Part shown: piece by piece, positions 1 to 10,099 of the stretch
Position numbering within the stretch: position 1 is the stretch's first letter
Layout: every line of letters begins with the position of its first letter
Assembly: GCA_008632985.1 (NCBI GenBank)
Contig: QPGO01000029.1
Location: 322,874-386,873, forward strand
Direction: 5' to 3'
DNA length: 64,000 bases
From: Psammoneis japonica
Lineage: Eukaryota
Made by a program: the position numbers and the translations under genes
The notes under the pieces: generated by a model
The model's database searches: none
Seen by the model: only the letters and a program-made list of their open reading frames with translations
Told to the model about the DNA's origin: nothing

Positions 1-1369
1 TGTCCAGCCCCAGTAGTTTTCTCATCTGGGAACCGCGTCCTTCATGCTCGGAATCAGAATCTTCATCGCTTGACACATCTGATGCCAGATATGCCCTCAA
101 ATCTTCACTGTCTGCTAGGTCACCCCAAGCACCCGTTGTCCTATTGCCGTAGCCGGTTAGTTTTCGTTCTCGCTCCAAGTCTCCTTCCTCCCACGTGCAC
201 TGAACAGAAGTTTGTTGAAGAGCCGAGACAACGAATTCAGGCGGCTCGTAGTTGCTGGGTAAAGCCGTTGCCTCATCCCTTACAGTCCGTCCTTTAATAA
301 CATTTTCCAACTCTTTTGGCGGAATAGAACGCATATCCATTGCGGCACTTGAGTGTTCTAGTTCTAGGCCGTCCACTTCTCGGTAGGCAACGTCGGCATG
401 CTCAGGACTGGCAAACTCAACAACAGCGAAATAATACTTGAGCTTCGAAGCTTCGTAAGCTCTAAGCTTCTCCGGATCAAAATCCGAATCGATTGAATTT
501 GGATTTACATCAACTTCTTGTTCATCCTGTTCGTCCTCGCTACCACTGATGTCGCCGCCGTCTTCGAGATCATTCGAATTCTCATTCGACTTACTTTCGT
601 TGTTGCTTTGTTCTTCTTTCCACAAGTCAGATGGACCTAGAGCTTCTTCTTTCTTCATTCGTTCCATCCCAAAGTCACTAGGAAAGACCTGGACTTTCCG
701 CACGGATCCAGGAGGCGTGAAACTGCACAAAATCGAAAACAAGTCCACCGCTCTCACGTGAGTCCATTCCATATTCATGACTGCCAAAAATTGAGATGGC
801 TCTTCCGTCAACGGCACAGGCTCCTCTTCTTTTGTAGAAGGATCCAAGATACCAGCCACAGAGTCATCGTCTTCTCTATCCGAACCATCAGACTCTTCTT
901 CGGAGGAGTCTGATTCATCATCAGATGAAGATGAAACAGAGAGCTCGCCTCGAGACAACGAAGTGAGATAGGCAATTCGCGAAGCTGGGTCCTCCGGTGT
1001 TTCCGTTTTCTCGTTGTCTGAAGAGACTGAAGACGTCGACGATTCATCAGATTGCTCAGCTTCTGGTTCTTTCTGGGGCTTTGGTTGATCCGTCGCTTCG
1101 CTTTCAACCTTGTAGAATTCGCTCAGTTCAGCCTTCTGCTGCTCTTTCCGTTCCTTTTCCTTTTTCTTCTTTTTAGATCGGCCATATTTGTCCCGTTGCT
1201 CAACACCAAAGCGCGGATCAGTCAAGACAGAGGCAAACCGGTCATCCAGCACGACTTTTGACTGCTGTTCACGCGGTTTTCGAAATTGCGGTCGGGTGGT
1301 TGCCGCAGCAAACCGCTCGTCAAGCGGCTCGGCGCCAATATCACTCGGATTTGTTTTGTTTTTGCCCAT
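1..1369 (-). CDS. ESF1: Pre-rRNA-processing protein ESF1 (5' part; runs off the window start)
   Basis: Manual translation from ATG 1369: MGKNKTNP...LDERF...KVVLDDRFASVLTDPRF...LAVMNMEWTHVRAVDLFSILCSF...VQVFPSDFGMERM...KLRAYEASKLKYYFAVVEF...YREVDGLELE, matching ESF1 motifs; absent from the ORF track because there is no stop inside the window. Confidence 0.9.
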   Translation of the reverse strand, partial: MGKNKTNPSDIGAEPLDERFAAATTRPQFRKPREQQSKVVLDDRFASVLTDPRFGVEQRDKYGRSKKKKKEKERKEQQKAELSEFYKVESEATDQPKPQKEPEAEQSDESSTSSVSSDNEKTETPEDPASRIAYLTSLSRGELSVSSSSDDESDSSEEESDGSDREDDDSVAGILDPSTKEEEPVPLTEEPSQFLAVMNMEWTHVRAVDLFSILCSFTPPGSVRKVQVFPSDFGMERMKKEEALGPSDLWKEEQSNNESKSNENSNDLEDGGDISGSEDEQDEQEVDVNPNSIDSDFDPEKLRAYEASKLKYYFAVVEFASPEHADVAYREVDGLELEHSSAAMDMRSIPPKELENVIKGRTVRDEATALPSNYEPPEFVVSALQQTSVQCTWEEGDLERERKLTGYGNRTTGAWGDLADSEDLRAYLASDVSSDEDSDSEHEGRGSQMRKLLGLD

Positions 1370-1561
1370 GAAACTCAACTAAGTTTTATTGTTACCTTGA
1401 CACGATGTACCTGATAGAATAGCAATCTCCCGTCAAAGTTTAGTTCTTGTCTTCACTTTTGTCACCTTTCTCATCTTGAATAATCTTGAAGAATCTCGCT
1501 CCGATATTTTTCGGTGGTTCTCAAAGCTACTGACTGGTGACGGACAGAGCAACTGCATTAA

Positions 1562-2061
1562 GGATGGATCTACGTGCTGCGTTCAGTTTTTTGGGAGCTC
1601 GTAATTTTTATAAAAATAACCCGGATGCATCGTAGTAAATGCGCGCGCGTTCGCAAAAAAAAGTTTCAGCGATCGGTCGAACTTTGTCCGTTCGCCAGAC
1701 ACCCTAGAATGCTTGAACGACAGGTGTGACTATGCGCGACTTTTACCTTAACGACTGTAGATATGTCAATGGCCAGTCAAATGCCACTTGTCGGCATTTC
1801 CCGGAAAGTTGCCGCCAACCTCCCACAAGAAGCCCGACCCCAGCGAAAATTGGCAGTTTTTTCGACCTGACAACAGGGCACAGGTCAACAAGTGGCATTT
1901 GAAGTGCTGAGTGTGCAGCTCTTGTGGCCGTCCAACAGCACCTGTGAGGGTTTGACGAACGCACAAGTGTTCGGGGGTGTTCCGAGGCAGGTCAAAATGA
2001 CACGGTGAAGTGCGGGAAATGCGAGCCATTTTAAATTAGACTGCAGCACGTAGATCCATCC
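1562..2061. mobile_element. Non-autonomous TIR element (MITE) copy 1, Kolobok-like termini
   Basis: TIR GGATGGATCTACGTGCTGC ... GCAGCACGTAGATCCATCC; flanked by TTAA (1558-1561) and TCAA (2062-2065); GG..CC termini with a TTAA TSD fit Kolobok rather than piggyBac (CC..GG). Confidence 0.8.
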
Positions 2062-2086
2062 TCAAAATCCCACCATGACAGCTTGA

Positions 2087-2584
2087 GGATGGATCAGCGT
2101 GCTGCGGTCTGTTTTTTGGGAGCTCGCAATTTTCACAAAAATGACCCGGGTGCATCGCAGCAAATGCGCGCGCGTTCGCAAAAAAAATTTCAGCGATGGG
2201 TCGAACTTTGTCCATTCATCAGACACCCTAGAATCCTCAAACGACAGGTGTGGCCATGCGCGACTTTTACCTCAACCACTGCAGACATGTCAACAGCCAG
2301 TCAAATGCCACTCATCGGCATTTCCCGGAGAGCCACCGCCAATCTCCCCTGAGAAGCCCGACTTTGGTGAAAATCAGCGGTTTTTTCGACCTGACAACAG
2401 GGCACAGGTCGACAAGCGGCATTTGAAGCGCCAAATGTGCAGCTCTCATAGCCGTCCAACAGCCCCCATGAGGGTTTGACGAACGCACAAGCATTCGGGG
2501 GTGTTCCGAGGCATGTCAAAATGATGCAGTGAAGTGTGGGAAATGCGAGCTGTTTCAAATTAGACAAAGCATGCAGATCCATCC
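2087..2584. mobile_element. MITE copy 2 (same family, same orientation)
   Basis: Colinear with 1562-2061 over its whole length; TIRs GGATGGATC...GATCCATCC; flanks TTGA (2083-2086) and TCAA (2585-2588). Confidence 0.8.
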
Positions 2585-3249
2585 TCAAGGCGGGCCATCG
2601 GCTCATTTTTTTCGCACGTCTTTTCCGGGTTTTTATGCGTTTTTGATGGGTCGTGACAGAAAATGACACGACAAAAGCACGAGCGACAATGACGATGTTC
2701 GTGACGAGCGGCAAGCTGCAAAGTGTCGCCTCACGAGGGGTGCTCATTGGCTTTGTTGTCGTCACACAGTTCAGATTGATTTGTGTGCTTTCGTCCCTCG
2801 CGCCACTGGGCCAATTTTGAGAGATGGCGCAATTGCCGTCATCGTCGTGCTTTGATCGCGGTGCCTGATGTTCTCGTTTTTGTGGGCGATCGAACAACTC
2901 TTGCATTTGAAGCTGACAATTGCAAATGAGCGCATTCAAACACATTGCCAATTTTGGGACAAACGTGGAAAAAATGGGTCGGCAGTCCCCCTCAAGGGGG
3001 GTCATCCCCGCGTTTGTCCCAAAATTGCCGTTGCATTTGAACAAGGTTTTTTGCAGTGTTTGTTTTTGAGTGCAAGAATTGTTCACAGTCACACCCGATC
3101 GCACACGAAAACGAGAACCATCAGCACCGCGACCGAAGCACGACGATGATGACAGTCATTGACGTTTCTCAAAAATGCAGTTTGCCGTCCACCAACTTTG
3201 TTGTTGCTGTCATCACTGTTTTGTTTTTGAGCTTTTTTGAAGACATGCT

Positions 3250-4900
3250 TTGACACTTTACAGCCAGCCATGCTGTGGAGGTGTGTTTGATGTGCAGCTC
3301 CTTTTCGCTGCAATGCTCTTTGTCAGCTTGCATTGAGAGTCTTCTTGGTTGGTTGCCAAGTCATTGTTGCGCATTTGTGCTGGTCTCTCAGCTCTGGCTG
3401 CTCAAGCCTCCTTTGAGGCAGGCTGTTGGGAAACAGTGTCATGGCATCTTGGCCTCCAGCTTGCAGCTGCTGATGGTGCCACCCATTGTTGGCCACATGG
3501 AGCAATGCATGTTCACACTGCGCTTGCCAACAACTTTTGTGGAGCATCTTTCCATCTTCACCTGCATCCAATGTCAAATGTTCAAAACACTGGCAAGTTG
3601 CAAAGGATTCTGTTGTGCGTGTTTCTGTGAAGACAACTCTTCCAGTTGTTTGAGCTCCCAGGGTGTGTGGCCTGAGCGCACCTCAGATTGTTTTCAAGAG
3701 AATGAGTTTTGGCTTGGTGATTTAACACCAGCTCTGGATGGTGCTCATTTTGTGATTGTTTTTGTGTCTTCTGTGGGAATCTGTTTGTTTGCATTGTCAA
3801 AGTCCCTGACAGTGTTGCCATGCACTGAGTTGCATGTCACATTGAATTTTGCCCATCCTGTTTCACAGGGCTTGTTTTCAATGATGCAATTTGTCTCTTC
3901 CCAAACAGCACCATGCTTCAAGTTTGCTGTTTTCCATTCCTTCCTGAACAGCACCATGCTTCAGGTTTGCTGTTTTCCAGTCCAGCAGCAAAACATTTGA
4001 TTTCATGTTCAGGGTCATCCTGGAGTGTGTGAGAGTGACAAACTCTGCTTGCTCAATTTTTTGTCTGTTTTTCAGGGAGAGTTAAAATTGGGGGAACACC
4101 ATGAAACACAATTGAGCAACACATTTTCTAGCACCAATTTGCTGATGATCACTGCTGATGTTGACAAGATCAAAATGCTGCAAGTTGTGTCACTGTGCAC
4201 TGCACTGGCACACTGCATCTGACTCTGATGAATGTTGTTGCTTTGTTTTGTTGCAAGGAGCGCCATCAAGGGCTTGCTTGCCATGCTTGAAATCTGACTG
4301 AGTCATCTTTGGCAAATGATTGTGAGTCATGCTGCTCAAAAGAAATCTTGGATCCTTGTGAGCCATTTCTTGCATGACACACAGAGGTGAGCACATTGCA
4401 TCAAGTTTGCAATTGCGCTGTCTGTCAAAAAGGAATTGGCTCAATGAGAAGTTCATTTTGAAAGAAGAGTCTTTTTGTCATTGTCAGTCATGCAACAAGG
4501 AACACATTGGATTGAGGGGTGCACCACTGTCGTGAGACACAGCAGATTGATGGCTGAGTTGTTGTTTGGTGTGTGGTGCCCCACACAACAATGAGACATG
4601 TGCGGCAGACACACTGGAAAAAGCAATGAGCAACTGAGCTGAAGCTCTTTTAAATGAACAAATCAACTCTGAACAAGATGCTGGGCTGCAAAACAAAGCA
4701 CGAATTGATGGCCATTGGAAAAATTGGCTGTCAACCTCAAACAATGACAAGGCGGCACCAGATTTGTGAGACTGACAATGAAGATCCAGCATCAGAACTT
4801 TGTCTGGAATCCAGTTGCAGGGGCCACCTTGGCTGAACTTTGAAAACTTGTGACACCTGTGAAGAGTGCTGTCACAGGTGTGAAAATTTTTGATTTTTGT
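3250..4900 (-). pseudogene. Degenerate coding-like sequence of unknown family inside repeat island 1
   Basis: Chain of broken minus-strand ORFs (e.g. FRKEWKTANLKHGAVWEETNCIIENKPCETGWAKFNV), no Tyr, strongly TpA- and CpG-depleted. Confidence 0.3.
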
Positions 4901-5302
4901 CAATGGATCTTCTCATTGCAAGAGTGAAAAGAACATGTTGCACACAGGGGTCTCCAAAGGTTTTTCTTCCATGTTAAATTGTCTGAGCCAACTGGCAATG
5001 GCAAACTGTGGCATTGTCATCAATGTTGTCAGCAATCAGTTGACCAGTGCTTGGCACCACCAAAAGTCATCGGCCACTCCTGCATGTGGACATTCGAGAG
5101 CCAGGTGTGGGAGCGATGCTGCTCCAATCAAAATGCTCTGTGACCCACATGTTCAAGTCAGACAACTTTGTGATTTTAAGCACAAGCTTGCAGCTGGCCA
5201 ATGGGGGGGGGGGGGCTGGGCAGAAGCACGTGAAAGCCCCAGAAGTTCAGCATGTTTTTCATGCGCGTGCAATCTTTGACACACAACAAACATGAAATGA
5301 AT

Positions 5303-5547
5303 GAGAGTTGGCAGACAGACCACCTCCGTCACAGACTTGTGGCTTGTTGTTTTCACCGCGGTGAAGCACGGTGAAATTCAGGAAAAATCATGCAAAACAC
5401 AAGCCATTCGGCCGAATTCGAGCAATGAGAGTTGGCAGACGGACCATCTCCATCACAGACTCATGGCTTGTTGTTTTCACCATGGTGAAGCACAGTGAAA
5501 TTCAGGAAAAATCATGCAAAACACGAGCTGTTCGGCCAAATTCGAGC
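5303..5547 (+). repeat. Tandem duplication of a ~125 bp unit
   Basis: GAGAGTTGGCAGAC...TTCAGGAAAAATCATGCAAAACAC...AATTCGAGC at ~5303 and ~5428. Confidence 0.85.
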
Positions 5548-5567
5548 TGAAAAAGCAGCAACCTCGG

Positions 5568-5929
5568 CATTGTTGATTGATGGGCTTGTGTTGTTCAAGT
5601 GCACAAAGCAGACATCAGGACGGCCCTCCTTGTTTGTTTTGGACCAAGCACTTTGATTGTTTGCGAAATGGGTGAATGCGGAATGGACTGGCACTGGTCT
5701 CATGCACTGGGCATCCAGTCTGATGCGTCAAGATGTTTTGTCTGAGATGCCAGGATTGCCACCCAAGATCTTCAGCCTGACTTTGAATCTTTTCATTGTT
5801 GACTGACGGGCTTGTGTTGTTCAAGTGCACAAAGCAGACATCAGGACGGCCCTCCTTGTTTGTTTCGGACCAAGCACTTTGATTGTTTGCGAAATGGGTG
5901 AGTGTGGAATGGACTGGCACTGGTCTCAT
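5568..5929 (+). repeat. Direct repeat of ~135 bp (5568-5703 and 5794-5929)
   Basis: CATTGTTGA..GGGCTTGTGTTGTTCAAGTGCACAAAGCAGACATCAGGACGGCCCTCC...GGCACTGGTCTCAT present twice; two ORFs share MRPVPVHS...FVHLNNTSPS. Confidence 0.85.
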
Positions 5930-6487
5930 TCATGATCTCTTGCATTGATTTCATCCAAACTCCAAAAGGTCCCATCCGACAGTGCCACTTGAATGTTTGG
6001 TGCCTTTGACCACATGCGAGTCGATTCGGCCTTGTTCAATCCCAGAGTTTGCTCCCACGTGTCGTGGTCTGGTGCAAACAGGATGCTCTTGCATGTGCCT
6101 TGAATGACAATGATGTGCATGTTGCCGATTCTCTCATGGTCATGATGCAGAGCACCAGAACACTCTGCAGACACATGTTGACCTGGAGCAAGTCTGGGCA
6201 CTTTTGTGTTGTCATCTTGGTTTGGGAATGGGGTGAGGTGAGAAAGGTTTCAACTGTTTGGCCCAGCGCCAAGCCAACACATCCAAAGCAGCCACATGCA
6301 CTTGTCGCAAGATGTGCACCATGACAATTCACAATGTCCTTTCAAAACTGACCCAATCCATGCACGAGCCCCAAATGCAAGTGGGTGGTGCAGAGAGACT
6401 GAACATTTTAAGGCAGCTGCTGGAGATCTGGGTTGGACTCCAATGCACGTGCTTCATGCCGTTGAGCCCAAGAGTGGCCTCTGGAGC

Positions 6488-6958
6488 CGCAAAATCACAA
6501 AGGGCGCAAAATGACCAAGGGCTTGAGATGGCCAAGGGTGCAAAATCACAAAGGGTGCAAAATGGCCAAGGGCGCAAAATCACAAAGGGCGCAAAAACAC
6601 AAAGGGCGCAAAATGGCGGCAAAGGGTGCAAAATCACAAATGGCGCAAAATGGCCAAGGGCACAAAATGACCAAGGGCGCAAGACAGCCAAGGGCTCAAA
6701 ATCACAAATGGCACAAAATGAAGGCAAAGTGTGCAAAATCACAAAGGGTGCAAAATTGCAAAGGGCGCAAAATGACCAAGGGCACAAGACAGCCAAGGGC
6801 TCAAAATCACAAAGGGCACAAAATGGCGGCAAAGGGTGCAAAATCACAAAGGGCACAAAGTGGCCAAGGGCACAAAAACACAAAGGGTGCAAAATGGTGG
6901 CAAAGGGTGCAAAATCACAAATGGCACAAAATGGCCAAGGGTGCAAAATCACAAATGA
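6488..6958 (+). repeat. Complex modular minisatellite, block 1
   Basis: 17-20 bp units AAGGGYRCAAAAT + CACA / GGCC / GACC / GGCGGCA. Confidence 0.95.
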
Positions 6959-7250
6959 GGCTGGCCACACGAAAAGGTGCTGATGGAGCTCGAAACAGCT
7001 CGAACGGTCAATTTTCAGGTGTGGACACCAACAGAAAGCTCTTGTCGCACATGTGTTGTTTGTCAATTCCCATTTCCTGATGAATGGAGGCTGATTGAAC
7101 ATTTCAACAGTCAAAATGGTTTGTTGCAAAACACATTTGCACATGAAACATGGTTGTTTGTCATGCGACTGCGCTCTGCGCGCTTTTTCTCAACAAATGT
7201 TTTGGGAGCTCGAGAGCACCCGTTGGCACCTTTTCATGTGGCCAGTCTTA

Positions 7251-9925
7251 AATGGCACAAAATGACCAAGGGCGCAAGACAGCCAAGGGCTCAAAATCAC
7301 AAATGGTGCAAAATGGCAGCAAAGTGTGCAAAATCACAAAGGGTGCAAAATGACAAAGGGCGCAAAATGGCCAAGGGCACAAAATCACAAAGGGCGCAAA
7401 TGGCCAAGGGGCAAAAATCACAAAGGGCTCAAAACCACAAAGGGTGCAAAATCACAAAGGGTGCAAAATTGCAAAGGGCGCAAAATCACAAAGGGCGCAA
7501 AATGACCAAGGGCACAAAATGACAAAGGGCACAAAATGGCCAAGGGCGCAAAATCACAAAGAGTGCAAAATGGCGGCAAAGGGTGCAAAATCACAAAGAG
7601 CACAAAATCACAAAGGGCGCAAAATGGCGGCAAAGGGTGCAAAGTCACAAAGGGCACAAAACAAACAAGGGCACAAGATGGCCAAGGGCGCAAAATCACA
7701 AAGGGCGCAAAATGGCAGCAGAGGGTGCACAAGACAGCCAAGGGCTCAAAATCACAAAGGGCGCAAAGTGGTGGCAAAGGGTGCAAAATCACAAAGGGCG
7801 CAAAATGGCCAAGGGCGCAAAATCACAAAAAGGGCGCAAAAACACAAAGGGCGCAAAATGGCGGCAAAGGGTGCAAAATCACAAAGGGCGCAAAATCACA
7901 AAGGGTGCAAAATGGTGGCAAAGGGCTCAAAATCACAAAGGGCGCAAAATGACCAAGGGCTTGAGATGGCCAAGGGCGCAAAATCACAAAGGGTGCAAAA
8001 TGGCGGCAAAGGGTGCAAAATCACAAAGGGCACAAAATGACCAAGAGCTTGAGGTGGCAAAGGGCGCAAAAACACAAAGGGTGCAGGGTGGTGGCAAAGG
8101 GTGCGAAATCACAAAGGGTGCAAAGTTGCAAAGGGCGCAAAATCACAAAGGGCACAAAATCGCCAAGGGCACAAAATGGCCAAGGGCACAAAATGGCCAA
8201 GGGTGCAAAATCACAAAGGGCACAAAATGACCAAGGGCACAAAATGGCCAAGGGTGCAAAATCACAAAGGGTGCAAAATGGTGACAAAGGGTGCAAAATC
8301 ACAAAGGGCGCAAAAAGACCAAGGGCACAAAATGACCAAGGGCACAAAATGGCCAAGGGCGCAAAATCACAAAGGGTGCAAAATGGCGGCAAAGGGCAGA
8401 AAATCACAAAGGGTGCAAAATGGCAGCAAAGGGCGCAAAATCACAAAGAGTGCAAAAACACCAAGGGCACAAAATGGCCAAGGGCGCAAAATGGCCAAGG
8501 GCACAAAATCACAAAGGGCAAAAAATGACCAAGGGCACAAAATGGCCAAGGGCACAAAATCACAAAGGGTGCAAAATGGTGGCAAAGGGTGCAAAATCAC
8601 AAAGGGTGCAAAGTGGCAGCAAAGGGTGCAAAATTGCAAAGGGCGCAAAATGGCCAAGGGCGCAAAATCAAAAAAAGGCGCAAAATCAAAAAGGGTGCAA
8701 AATCACCAAGGGCTTTGGATGGCCAAGGGAGCAAAATGACAAAGGGTGCAAAATGTCGGCAAAGGGTGCAAAATGACAAAGGGCACAAAATGGCCAAGAG
8801 CTTGAGGTGGCAAAGGGCGCAAAAACACAAAGGGTGCAGGGTGGTGGCAAAGGGTGCGAAATCACAAAGGGTGCAAAATCACAAAGGGCACAAAATGGCC
8901 AAGGGCGGAAAATCACAAAGGGTGCAAAATGACCAAGGGCACAAAATGGCCAAGGGCACAAAATCACAAAGGGCGCAAAATCACAAAGGGCGCAAAATGG
9001 CAGCAAAGGGTGCAAAATTTCAAAGGGCGCAAAATGGCCAAGGGCACAAAATCAAAAAAAGGCACAAAATGACCAAGGGCTTGAGACTGCCAAGGGCGCA
9101 AAGTCACAAAGGGTGCAAAATGGCGGCAAAGGGTGCAAAACCACAAAGGGCACAAAATCACAAAGGGTGCAAAATGACCAAGGGCTTGAGATGGCCAAGG
9201 GAGCAAAATCACAAAGGGTGCAAAATGTCGGCAAAGGGTGCAAAATTACAAAGGGTGCAAAATGGCGGCAAAGGGTGCAAAATCACAAAGGGCGCAAAAT
9301 CACAAAGGGTGCAAAATGACCAAGAGCTTGAGATGGCAAAGGGCGCAAAATCACAAAGGGTGCAAAATGGCGGCAAAGGGTGCAAAATCACAAATGGTGC
9401 AAAATCACAAAGGGCGCAAAATCACAAAGGGTGCAAAATGACCAAGGGCTGCACAAAATGGCCAAGGGTGCAAAATCACAAAGGGTGCAAAATGGCGGCA
9501 AAGGGTGCAAAATCACAAAGGGTGCAAAATGGCTGCAATGGGCGCAAAATCACAAAGGGAGCAAAATGGCGGCAAAGGGTGCAAAATGGCCAAGGGCGCA
9601 AATCACAAAGGGTGCAAAATGGCGGCAAAGGGTGCAAAATCACAAAGGGCGCAAAATCACAAAGAGTGCAAAATGGCGGCAAAGGGCGCAAAATCACAAA
9701 GGGCACAAAATGGCCAAGGGCACAAAATGACCAAGGGCTTGAGATGGCCAAGGGTGCAAAATCACAAAGGGTGCAAAATGGCAGCAAAGGGTGCAAAATC
9801 ACAAAGGGCGCAAAATGACCAAGGGCGCAAAATCACAAAGGGCTTGAGATGGCCAAGGGCACAAAATCACAAAGGGTGCAAAATGGCCAAGGGTGCAAAA
9901 TCACAAAGGGCGCAAAATGACCAAG
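7251..9925 (+). repeat. Complex modular minisatellite, block 2 (~2.7 kb)
   Basis: Same 17-20 bp units in shuffled order; the source of the many repetitive ORFs in the track. Confidence 0.95.
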
Positions 9926-10099
9926 GAGTTGCTGTTTCAGCAGGTGCATGACATTCACAGCTCCTGAAATTGACAGTCACAAGCTTTCCAGGGATCTCTT
10001 CCGGTGCCTCACTTGCATCCAAGCACGCGTTGACATCATTCCGCGACAAGCTCCGGTGCTGTGAAGTCAGCATTTGCAGGTCCATCTTGCATTGTCTTG

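Noticed and set aside
6488..9925. CRISPR array or telomeric repeat
   Set aside because: No unique spacers, no cas genes, eukaryotic context; no TTAGGG-type tandem unit
6258..9951. Long repetitive K/G/A/Q-rich ORFs (up to 409 aa) as real proteins
   Set aside because: Unit lengths of 17 and 20 bp are not multiples of 3, the same peptides appear in all frames, and openness is explained by the lack of TA stops
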